The notes under the pieces: generated by a model
Told to the model about the DNA's origin: nothing
What the model saw: only the letters and a program-made list of their open reading frames with translations
The model's database searches: none
Program-made: the position numbers and the translations under genes
Assembly: GCF_009914755.1 (NCBI RefSeq)
Contig: NC_060942.1
Reading direction: 5' to 3' (one strand)
Length of the DNA: 64,000 nt
Source of the DNA: the human T2T-CHM13v2.0 reference genome, Homo sapiens
Shown: positions 43,270 through 58,290 of the stretch, piece after piece
Numbering within the stretch: the stretch's first letter is position 1
How the letters are laid out: every line of letters starts with the position of its first letter

Positions 43270-43480
43270 AACAAACATTTGTTAAGTACCTGTTAGGGAA
43301 CAGCACTACACTAGATATTTTAGTCACATCACATTTTTAGTCCTAGCAATAATCTAATGACAACATATTGACTCAGTTGTACAGATGAGGAGACTAGGTC
43401 TTGGAGACTGAATGGTCAGATGGTCAGGAGGAACAAACACAATGCTGGAATCTCAGGCTCTCTGACTCTAAAGACCACTG
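43270..43480 (-). mobile_element. MIR (an L2 fragment lies just upstream, about 43000-43260)
   Basis: TACAGATGAGGAGACTAGG...CTCAGGCTCTCTGACTCTAAAG. Confidence 0.6.
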
Positions 43481-44409
43481 GGTTAAGGAAGGCTTGATTG
43501 CCAGTGGCTTGATGCTGCAGCCAATCCGTAGGAAGAACCAGGTGTGAGTGGAGCGTTAGGGACTTCGGGAACATTAAGGACCAATGCCTGGGGCACTACC
43601 AGGTTGCTTTTACTGCTTTCTACATGTCAGAGCCTTTTTTTTTTTTGCATCGAAGACCAACTTTCTTAAATAGTCAGTAATCATAGCTACCAGCAACACC
43701 AAAATTTTCACATCTAACTTTGTCATCCATTAGAGAAATTTAACAGACAACAACTTTCAAAAAATCTTTTTTTTTAAAAAAAACTCTATGTCACTAAAAC
43801 TGTTCTGGTATTAGGGAAGAGAAAATCTTGTGTAGAAAGAATGATAATCACATAACCTAGATGTAGTATTCATCTCCAGACCAATGAACTCTAAGCAAGA
43901 GAGTATGCTATGATATAAGATGAACACTTTGGTCACACCTAGTTAATAAGGAGTCTTCTTCAAATAAATATGTAGATGGAAACAAGGCTAGTTTCTACCA
44001 AAAGAGGCATGGGGCAAACCATTCTATTGGTAGTCACTACATATATTGTCCTTCCATTAAAAAACCCTTTGGGACAGAGCTTCCAGACTTGAATCACAGG
44101 ATTACCCATAAAAATGGAAGGGAGAAGGCAGATAGAGTGGTCAATAGAGTCTGAATCACAGATATGGCCATAAACATTTCTTAAGGGTCTGGCTTTATAA
44201 AAGGGCTTGCTGGTATAAGTCGTACTGATATTAATTAAAATGGATTTCTGCACTGCAATGAAATTCTTGTTTTGATTTTGCTAGTTCACAACGTTATCTT
44301 ATATAAGCAACAGATAAAAAACCAGTCAATTTTTTAATACCATGATAATTGGCAGTCCTTACATCATCATCTCATAATAAAATGATGACACACATTGCTT
44401 TTTTTTTTT

Positions 44410-44706
<297 letters not shown>

Positions 44707-45512
44707 TGCTTTTTTTTTTTAATCATAGATAGGGATTATTTCAGATGCTTTGATAAAAGGCAACATACTTTTCCCTTTTGTTCCCTCAGTATATGTTATT
44801 TGGGGATAAGTTTATAAGAGATGATGCAATAAAAATACCAAAACCTATTTATCAGGATAAAATGTGTTACCTAGGCAACCTGAGACTATTTTCAAGATCA
44901 ATTTTGCGAAAAGTTAGAAAGTTTATTTTTCAGGCTAAAGACCTTTCCATCATGTCTAGTGGATTATTTGATAATTATCTAACATATTTACAGAATTTTA
45001 CAGGTATTGTATTTTCACATATATCATCCCTTTTGAGATTCATAGCAACTTTCCAAGGTAGCTGGGGAGGGCATTATTATTCTCATCTTGCAGATGATGA
45101 AATTGAGGCTCAGATAAACTGATTTTCCAACTTTCACAGTGTATCAGTCATGACTCGTCGTTGCAAAAATCATAACTCATTTCATTATTAGGAAGGAAAT
45201 AAATGTAAGGACATTTTATAGTTCATGGACTACCTGGGGTGGCTGTAGATTTAAGCTTTATAACTAGGTAGCCAGAACATTTTCCAAATTACATTGAAGA
45301 ACCACTCCAGAGAAGATGACTCATGTCTCATACCTGTGACACTGAGCAGGAGAAATGCTCCTGGAGGCCTGATCAGTGTTGTCTTGGGAAGCTGAAGGTT
45401 TTCGACATCAGCCCCACCGAAGCAATGCATCACCTGCTTCAGCCAGTAAGTTACCTTGCAATCAATGTTCTACGAGTATATGTGAGTGGTAGCCGCCAGA
45501 TCTCCATTCTTC

Positions 45513-45624
45513 TAGGGTGACCAACAATCTTAGTGTGTCCAGGACTGTACTGGTTTTAGGGCCGAAAGTCCTAAATTGCAGGAAGTTACTCATTCCTTGG
45601 CAGACTGGGATGGTGGTCATCATA
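45513..45624 (+). mobile_element. MER81 (hAT-Blackjack MITE)
   Basis: TAGGGTGACCAAC...GGACTGTACTGGTTTTAG..GAAAGTCC...GGTGGTCATCATA, 112 bp with TIRs. Confidence 0.8.
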
Positions 45625-46998
45625 CTGCACCATAGCTGCAAGAGGACAAGAAGGCAAATTTCTACTACTTGTACAGTAGATAATTCCTTAAAATATACCA
45701 GCACTCTCAACCTTACCAGGCTACCAAAACACAATAGCAAATGCCACTACTCAGAAGTGATGAGTGAGCTACTTCTTCTTAAATTGCTAACTAATAGGAG
45801 CTTAAAGTATCAGAAAAAAATTAAAATATATTCAGTGGACATCTTTATTTTTTAATCTTCCGGTCAATATAGATGCCATCCACCTGATCTCAGTGATTGA
45901 TTGGTCCACAGGTGGTCATGATACATCAGGATGATCACAGTTTATCTGGCTTCTACAGGACAGGTTTATATACACATAGAGTGGGCTACATCTGTGTCTC
46001 TTACCTTGCCTCCAACAAGGAGGAAAAGAGATGCTTCTTAGTGGGAACTGAATGAGTTCAACATATGGAGGGGAACAGAATCAAAAGCAGAGAGAAAGCG
46101 AGAGATGAAGAGAACAACAGAGAGTGAGAAAGAAGGGAGTAAGAGGGAACTGATAATGCTCTGTGAGTTTCTAAGAAGACCTTCTCAGCATATCATGCTA
46201 AATTCCTTAATAAAGTACCCTTTTATTTAAAGTGGACTGGCTTTCCAGCTCTTACAATCAATAGAACATGTACTTGCAGGATTTTTATTTTTGCAAGGTT
46301 TGATGCTTGCACCCTGGAAAGGCCTGTTGCAGATGCATGCTGCCTGAGTATGGAGCTCTGGGAAAACAGTTAAAATTACTATAGTTAGGGAGAAAAGGCA
46401 GACTCCTAGCACACAAAATTATTATCCTTTTTAAAATATGCCTGTGTATGGTTTATTACATCTAGATTTAATTTATTCCCAATTAAGTCATCTTATCACC
46501 AGGTTGTTATATATTCCATTTCCTAAATACCTGTATTTGCTTGTTTCTCTATATCTCATATAAAAATATCAACTCCTATTCATAATTCTTTGCATCATTT
46601 TCTTCAGCCCACATTCCATTAATATTTTCTGTACAGGAATAACTTTTATGATTAAGATTTGATTCTTACTTTGGGTCCATAATGCCAATGGTTTAATTAA
46701 TGTCTCTCTTTTGCTATTCAAATTTCCAAGCCTCTATCTTTGGGGCCTCTTTTGTTAGGACTTGCATTTAAGATTTTTTTTTAATGTGCTTTTTCTGGGA
46801 TGATACAAATGTTTAGTTTTTAAACACTAGAAAGCAAAAACAAGAAAAGATAGAAAATTTTGTTAACAAATACCTGGAATGTCTATTTTCTTTAATCATT
46901 TTAAAAGCCTTATAGCAATTCCATGTATATAAGCTGCAGGGTACGCAATACACCAGCAGTCATTCAAGCACCGATTTTGCGAGGAATAAACCATGCCA

Positions 46999-47072
46999 CT
47001 CAAGGCTCTGTTCCAGGGAAAGATGCTTACCATCCTCAAGGCTCTGTTCCAGGGAAAGATGTTTACCATCCT
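46999..47072. repeat. 36-bp tandem duplication
   Basis: CTCAAGGCTCTGTTCCAGGGAAAGATG(C/T)TTACCATC twice, one mismatch. Confidence 0.95.
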
Positions 47073-48899
47073 GTGAAACCGCACATTTCCAGGGAAGAGG
47101 ATGAGCAATAGCAGGACCCATGATGCACTGAAGTTCTCCTGGTGGATCAGTCCAGGCCTGCGGGGCATCCCTTGCCTAACCTAGGTCTCAAGGCCCCAGA
47201 GGGTGGCTACATGCTTGCCTTGATGCATGCTGCTGATTACCAGACAAAGGAGGAGTAGATAAGTGACAAGGAACTAAAGACCTGCTTGCTTTCCCTGGAA
47301 CTTGAAGAAACCACTTCCTCAGCTTGTCTACTATTTCTAGCACTTAAAGATGAAGTCGAATGTAAACATAAAGCTGTCGTCATTGTAAAGCCCTTAAGGT
47401 GTGTTAAAATTCTGAGTATTAGCAGTATTTTTCCTTCTCAGACGGAATCTCATGTGAAAATATGAATGCAGATTTGACACGTATGTAGAGGATATCAGTG
47501 CTCTATCAATAATACTTTCTACATTTTTTGTGTCTTTAATTTATGTATCCTGCAAGGTCTTTCTTAACCCTAAAATCTGACTGAAGCCTCATCCTGTTGC
47601 ATCTGTTATCAACTGAAAATCAAACCTGTCTGCCTTTCCTTTCTTCCTATCACCACCAAACTGCTTTAAAGAGAAACCTGCATCTGCTCTTTCCGTTCCT
47701 GCTTATTACCTTGAAAGTCATACAGCTATCTGGGAATTTCTTTTTCTCTCAAAGAAGAAAAATAAGTAAAGCAATAATATTAAACTTACCAAATATAACG
47801 GATCATTAGTTCCCACCCTTTTGCAACTTCCCTTCTACATTGCACATTAATGAGTACCCTGTCATGGGAACTCTCCTTGTTTTGCCTTGATGACATTCTA
47901 TCTTCCTGATTAAAAAAAAAATAACTCTGTGTATTATCATCCTTCTTTCAACCTTTAAATATAATTCCCTATAGGTCTTATTTTTCCTTGTTTTCATTAT
48001 TTTCTTCCATGTCTACATCATTTATTTTGGTTATCGTATGCCTCCATTATTGCAAATCTGTCAACCAATCCTAAAATATTTATCTGCAGGCCTAGCCACC
48101 CACCAAATTCCGGTTTCACTTCCCCAAACAAACACTCAGGTGAACCTCCAGGTATAAGGCTTGGTGTCAAAAAATGAATTGATTTTCCTAAATCACTCCT
48201 ACTTAATTTCCTCTCTTTCTGTCTGGGTTACCATCCCACCCCAATTTTCTAGGCACCTGGTTGTGAAACTTCAACATTTTCCCCCTTTATTCCACATATG
48301 GGATCAGTTGCCAGGCTAAGTCCATTAGGCTGCCATATACATTCCTCTTATTCTACCCTCTTTTCAATGCTTTCATTCTTTTATTTGCCTCCTGGATTTT
48401 TGCCACCAGCCTCCCATTCAGTGATTTTCAAGTGTGAGCTTCAGCAGAAGGTGAGGCGGGAGAGTGGGGTGGGCAAAGCATGTCCCATTAGGAAGTCCTA
48501 TCAAGATATTGGCAGGGAATGGAGGTATTTGTAATGTGCAGACAAGGTGCTTTATGAGGCTTGGCCATGAAAATGACTCATGCGTTGTTTTCCTACAGAA
48601 TCTAGGGATACACACAACCCAGGGAGATGATCCACACGGAGAAGGAACATTTTAGATTTTGTTTTCCCTTTATACTTATCCTGTTTTCAGAAACAAAATA
48701 GAAAAAGAATATCAGCTTTATTAATATCTAATGTAGGTCTTGACACCGGCCCTCTGCCCTGCTCCTATGTTCCCAGACAATGAATAGGAAGTGTGGAGCT
48801 CCTCAAACCTGGGAGATGGGCAGCAGCACCACTGCTTGCTCCTGTGTTAGCCACGTAGTGTGTTATGTTTCAGGTTAGGGAAACACATAAATGAATTTA

Positions 48900-49490
48900 C
48901 AGATTATTTATCAAGCTTTAAAAAAAATCGAAAAATAAAATGTTAACACATTCTAGTAAAATTAGAAGGCAATATAAATAAGCACAAGGAAACAAAAGAA
49001 ATGGCAGAACTGATACTTCTATTTCTAGTATAAGTATTTTGTCACTCATGTTGCAACAGGACATAATGATAATTTAACCAGATCTGACAAGGAATAGACC
49101 TCAAACATCTAAATTAACGAGAAGACTATTTGAAATATGGCTATGTTTCCATTTTCAGTGAAGACGAAATTTGCCCTAAGTGTATATTGTGCCTTAAGGT
49201 ATTAGCTAAAGATAGCATGTAGCTGTCATAATTAGTAAAACATCTAAAAACTGAGTCTAAATTACAGGATTAATTATGTGTGTGTGTATGCACACTGAAA
49301 GCAGAAAAGTTTATTGTACCCTCAAAAACGTAATAAATACATGTTTGAAATACTGTTCATTTTCATTTCATCTTTAAATCCTATGCTTAAATAGTATAGT
49401 ATAAATTAAGTAAATATATTAAAGGCATACTTTAAACTTTCTGTTGAAAGTATGCATGATAAAAAAAAAAAAGTCTGGAGGCAAGGATCC
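48900..49490 (+). mobile_element. hAT-Charlie DNA transposon remnant
   Basis: 49121-49255 translates EDYLKYGYVSIFSEDEICPKCILCLKVLAKDSM*LS*LVKHLKTE, a Charlie/Buster transposase N-terminal zinc finger; outer boundaries approximate. Confidence 0.75.
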
Positions 49491-49849
49491 TTCACCAACA
49501 GAGACAGGAAAACTTCCCCAGGTAAGCAAATTCATTGCTTAGGTTAGTACACATAATTAAAACATATACTGTGTTACATTTAAAATAATTATTTATTAAA
49601 TAATATCTTGAATTTTTTGACCAAAATGAACAATTTATTTCAAAAATCTTAATATAGTAAAAGAAAAACAGGAAATGTTTATCCTTGTCAAACTGAGGCA
49701 TGGGCCATACAATTCTCTGGGAAACATTTAAGGAACAGTATTCTCAATGGTTTTTCAGTCTATGGACTTTCTCCTTTATTCACCTTTCTGTATATTTGTG
49801 TGTACTTGTTTATATACAATTCCAAACATTTATTAGTAACTAGGAGTTT

Positions 49850-51150
49850 TAGCATCAGAAAAAATGCAACGCAAAAGAAAGAAGTGGTGTAAAACTGCTG
49901 GAATTGTAAATTTGAATTGAAAATATCAGTATGAACTTATATTTTCTGTTTTAAAAATGTTTGTATTTGCGAACTCTGCCCACTGAACAAGCCAAAAAAC
50001 AATGACAGGTCCAGGAGCCACAGTCATTGCTACTATCCAGAATGTGGTCTCTCGACTCCCTAGAAAAGTGACTGACTTCAGATCTTAGACATGAAATGTA
50101 CCAGATGAGCCTAGCATATTTTACTGTACCAACAAATAAGAATGTTGTCAAAGACAAAATCAGAAGGACTCCAAAGATAATGGATTGAAACACAATAAAA
50201 ACTGTTGTAATCATATACTCAAATGAGACACATGATACTTCAAAAAATCTCTTTGGTAATCTTTGGAAGGTCCTAGAAAACCAACTCCTTATTCTGAAAA
50301 CTTGTAAATAAAGGGAAAAAAACAAGCTATAATTCAATCTTCCTGTATGTACTGTATCTCAGAATAATAAAAAATTTTTCTGGAAAAGATATTTTTTTAA
50401 AGATAGGCTGGCTGTTAGAATATTAATGGAAAAATGAGACCAAGCAATGATTAACAAAGTAAAAAGCCAATGGGGATTTTCTTAGTACATAAATCAAGCT
50501 GACAATTCCTAAACCAACTGATTAATCTTAACAAAAGACAGCCATGTGTTTGGTTATGTAGGTACCTCTAGATGTGATTCAAGGAAGTAAACAATACTAC
50601 TTATGGAATATTCCTTATAAAGCAAACAAGCACACCTGAAATGACATGACAGCAATGTGATCAGCAAAATTTAAAATGAGAAACTTGAGAGGACAAACGT
50701 CCGCTTTTCTCAGCAGGCAAATTTCAAGGAAAGAGAAAGAGAAAAAAGAGTAGCAGAAACCATAGATTTAAAATTTAAGAGGCATCTCAACCAAATGCAT
50801 TCTGTGTCAATCAAACTCTAAGCAAAAAAAAAAAAAAAAAAAAAAGTTGAATTTTGAACATTGATTGGATATTTGATAATATCAAAAAATCATTATTTGT
50901 GTGTGTTATAATGACAATGTGGACATTTTTAAAGTCTTTGCCCTTTAGAGATATACACTGAATAGTTTGTGGAATAAAATTAAAAGGTATCTGAGATTTG
51001 CCTCAAAATAATCTGGGTTAGGAGACAGTGAGTGTGATTTTAGAAGCAAGATTTACCACTTGTTGATTATTGTTAAAATTTGTTGACTGCTCTATGAGAG
51101 TTTATCGTATTATTCCCTCTACTTTTAATATGTTTACTTTTTTGTAATTA
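49850..51150 (+). mobile_element. L1MC4/5-type 3' end
   Basis: CCAGAATGTGGTCTCT...GAAATGTACCAGATGAGCCT and TTAGAGATATACACTGAA...TCTGAGATTTGCCTCAAAATAATCT. Confidence 0.75.
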
Positions 51151-52265
51151 AAACTTACACATACAAACAGGTAAAAATGCTAATTTAATGATCATATATA
51201 TATCTGTGTATATATAAAAATCTAGTTTAAAATATAAATTTTACAAATATAAGTGAAGATCTTAAGACATGCAATTCCAGTTCAATTAAATGACAAGATT
51301 TTATGTAGGTACAGTTATGCTTTATCAGTTCTCAGTTCTGTTTGTCATTTTCTTCCTTTGCTGTTAGATTTTCTTTACTGCTCTGCCCTTGCGCTGGAAG
51401 ATTAGCCCACAGATTTCCAAGCATTCTCTGCATAGATGTGTGTAGAAGGTGTCTTAGATCTAACTTGTTATCTTTCAGGGATTGCAATGCTTCATCTGGG
51501 CCCCTGCACAGCTGTGGTGGATCAGACGTCCTTGGTAGTAGGTGCTGATTCAGCTTCATCAATTTTTGGCCTCTGTAGATTTCCCTTACTTTTCTGCAAG
51601 CTGGGTACTTGAGAGAAAGTTTGTTATATTTTATTCAACATGGTTAGGTATTTTGCAGTAGAAAAGTTTGCAGATTAATATGCAATATTTCCAGAAACTG
51701 AAGACAGTTTCATCTTTCATACAGCTCCCAGATTAACCTTTCTGGAACATAGGCCTGTATAAAATCATGTATTAAACTATCATTTGTTTTGTAATTGCTA
51801 ACAAAAAGTATTTTAAAATTTACCTAGCTTTCTAATTCCTCCATTATAATTCCCATATCTGTCTATGACTTTATTTTCTACTCATTTTTTGCACTAAGCA
51901 AATTTTTTGCATTTTTCACAAATGTCCATTTCTTTGTTCAGTCTCATTCATTCATTGGGGATGCCCATCTCTTCATCTGTACATGATCCAATCTTACAGC
52001 TTTCAAAAGTCATTAACCCTTTTACAAAACTATCTCCCGATCTCTCAATAATATCCTCTCTCTTCAGAAACTTCCGTCCTTAGGAATTCATTTCTTTCCT
52101 TTTGTGGTACTACATTTTTATGAACATTTTATCTAATTGATATTTATTCTCTAAGCTTCTCATTGCTAGGGCCTTTTTATTATTCACCTTCGCATTCCCT
52201 AAATTACAGACCACAGTGAGTTTCACAAAGAGAAGATAATGACTTTCGAAGGTATTAGTAAATAT

Positions 52266-52785
52266 GTTACAAAAAAGAATGTCTGCTACTTTAACAGCTT
52301 TATCTTGGAAAGCAAAAGACACCTATGAACTGAGAACACCTGTGTCAACATAAAGTAGATGAAATTGTAAAACACCTTGATCAATATGACTTCTTTACTC
52401 TAGGGAACTTTTGCCTAGGAAAGATAAGAATACACCAGCAAATATCTTCATTATTCACTTTGGGAAATTCCTACAGATCAATTTATTGGAGACAGTACTC
52501 TTCACCTGGGCAAACAGCTTGCTTATCTAACAGTTTACTTGTCAACACTGGCTTCCTTGTTCTTGTTGCATCCACTTATCTTAAATTATTATATCACAAA
52601 TTTTGCCCACCCAAACAGTTCCTTGCTTTGAAAGACCTGCCTTGAAATGACCCGAGCACAGATTTCAAAGCCCCATAACAATCCCACTTGGACTTTTCCC
52701 TTGTAAGACACCCCTAAGACCCTGTCAATGGTGTTCCTCCTCACTCCTAAATTAAGGCTGTCTGGTGATATTTTGGGGCTTAACA
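52266..52785 (+). mobile_element. ERV1 solo LTR, LTR37-like
   Basis: AAACAGTTCCTTGCTTTGAAAGACCTGCCTT...CTGGTGATATTTTGGGGCTTAACA. Confidence 0.55.
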
Positions 52786-52855
52786 TTGTGTGTTATTGCA
52801 AAACCAAATAAAAAACACACACCATTTCTCTCAAAACCTAGGATAATTTATTTCT

Positions 52856-55707
<2,852 letters not shown>

Positions 55708-58079
55708 TAGGATAATGACTTTCTTAAGTTGTCATTCTTCATACTAATCTCAGTGCTTGGAAAATAGTAGATAAAAATTTTTTCTTGAAGGACCACATTT
55801 AATATAAGATTTGATGTAAGATTGCCATTTGCAAAGGACCTTTCACATAAAATTCAGCACTTTTTATTCTGCTGGATAACACCAATTTCTTTCTCACTCA
55901 CTTCACTTATTAGAGGACTGTTGATTTGATTATGATTTTTAGTTCAAAGAGTTACTGTTAAGTTGGAATATTTATTTTTGTCCATTTAAAGTTTACTTGC
56001 ACTGGAAATCTGGTTGAGGCAACATTGTGATTTTAAAGTCTCTTGTGAAATATAGAGGAATCACTGTGCTCAAATTATGAAAGAAAAAAAGCAAGGACTT
56101 CATTTCTATTAGGTTGCAACTCAGAGTTCTGAACTCAACCATGAAAAGGTTTTGGTAAATTGCAAAGCAATCTACAAATATAGTTTTCCTAATTCTAGAA
56201 TAGGGCATAGTACCTGACACTTAAGAGGAATGCAATAATGTTTATTGAGCAAATGACAGCTCACAGTCTATGATTAGAGGGCTTTAAAAATGTCTCTGAA
56301 TAATTTAACATCAGTTTACATTTTCACTGTAGTAAAATTGCTAATATCAGATCCTTCCTCAAAAACAAATGTCATCGAAAGGGAAGGAGAGAGAGTAGCC
56401 AGGAGTGTGGGCTATGTGACACGTTTTATGGAGCTCAGAGTGGAAAAGGAGAGACTGGGCTGGCAGAGCTCCCACAGACTGTGGTATACACGCTAGTCTA
56501 CATGAATGGCACCCCAGGGTCATGCAGTGACTGATGTCACTGAAGCCAACTCCTTTGCATTTCAGATGTGAGCTGGTACCTGCCCTGTCAACATGGAGCA
56601 ATAGCTAAGAAAATTTATTCCCAGTGTGGATTTGCTGGGAGACTTGCAGAATTTTGTGGTAACTCAGGGTGAGCGAGCCTGCTCATTGAGCTTCTTCTGA
56701 CTACTTGGCATGTCCCTGAAATTTGCAGAACCCTTAAGGGCTGGTGCCCTTTGGGTCATCATGCTGAAAGGAGCATTGCAAAATGCAAAGACAAAGAGCC
56801 ACTCCACACAGATTTCAGTTGGGAAGGCAAAGTGGCAAATAGACAATATTTAGTCCGTGTACAGAACAAAGTTAGAGCAGATGAACAGAGAAAGAAAGAT
56901 CCAGTTTTCATGTTAATGCCTTCAATTATAAAGAACAAAAGAAGAGAAATAGTGTTGTAAATTTTTTTTTCCCAAGTGGATTTTTTTTTTTCTGGGTATC
57001 TCTTGTCCTTGTTTCTTAAGTTCTTTGTAAAGAGATGATTACAAATGAAATCTATCCTGGTGTGAATGTGTAAGGAGATTACTCAACCAAACACACACAT
57101 ATTTTAAACACAACACTATCCTGCAGCACAATAACATCCCGCCTTGTTTTAAGGAGGGACAATTACATCATAGAAATGATGGGGCATCATCAGTTTTTTG
57201 AATCAGGAGAATAAAGGGCATGTCCCAAAAACAATCTTTCTTTTTGATCTGAAGAGGGAAACAGGGACTGACAAATACATGCCTAATATGAGCAGATTAA
57301 TCTGCAGAAATGTATGAATGGTGCAGATGGTGGTGGACGTCTCAGCTCAAGAGTCACCTGGGGCTCTGCAGGAAAAGTTGCAGAGCTCCTAGCTGCTTAT
57401 CTGTGGGTGCAGGATAGGGTGCTCTGCCACCAGAAATGTTCATCTCCTTTAACACAAGTGGTGGTATATGATTACATCTGGGGGACAGCTTCATCATAAT
57501 ATGGGTGACAAGTGACAGGAAGACACAGTTAACCGTCACTGACAAGCGTTCAATGAAGCAAAACAGTATGAAACCATTTGAGATATGCTTTATTTTTCTC
57601 TGGAAGGTTTCCTCCCACCTTCTGTTCCCAAACAATGCAATCACACCTGTCCTTGGATTATAATTCATTTGGAGAGACCTTCAGGAACACAGGGTGATAT
57701 GCGATCACTTTCATTTTCTGGAGTGCATAGGACTTTATGGGATTGAAGTCTACAGCAGTTCCCATTAATCACGCAAGCATCCTAAACTATTTCAGAGCTT
57801 CAGTGGAATTGTAAAGTCAAATTAATTTAGTTAAAAGATTTTTCTTTATCTTGCAGAAAAGCACCAAGTGTTAAATAAACTACATAGAGCTAAGAAAAGG
57901 AGAAGTGAGGTAGTTCTTGAGACAAATAATGGCCTGAAGAAGTGGGGTGATTATGGAGAAGTGGGGTGGAAGGGTGAGGTGGTAGAAAGCATAAGAAATA
58001 GAAGAATTGTATCTTGATCCCTTGGGACACTGGATTTGCACCTTGAACTTAGTGGTCCATTGTCACAATAATGAACATG

Positions 58080-58290
58080 TGTAGAAGCTACCATGTGCTG
58101 AGTGAAGTTCTTATCATAACTCCTTCAATTTTGTCTGGGAGAAGGAGAGTTTATTGTACCTATTTCACAGATGAAAAAAGAGGCCTAGGGATCTAAACAT
58201 CTTGCTCAACATCACAGAGATACTAAGTAGCAAAATCAGCCTTTGAATTCTGGAGTCTGGATCTGAGGTCTGAGCTCTTACCCATAGGCT
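58080..58290 (-). mobile_element. MIR
   Basis: CCTATTTCACAGATGAAAAAAGAGGCC...CTTGCTCAACATCACAG. Confidence 0.65.

Noticed and set aside
45310-48590. Isolated AP-1 motifs (ATGACTCAT at about 45316 and 48573)
   Set aside because: Single short motifs occur near chance frequency without supporting data.
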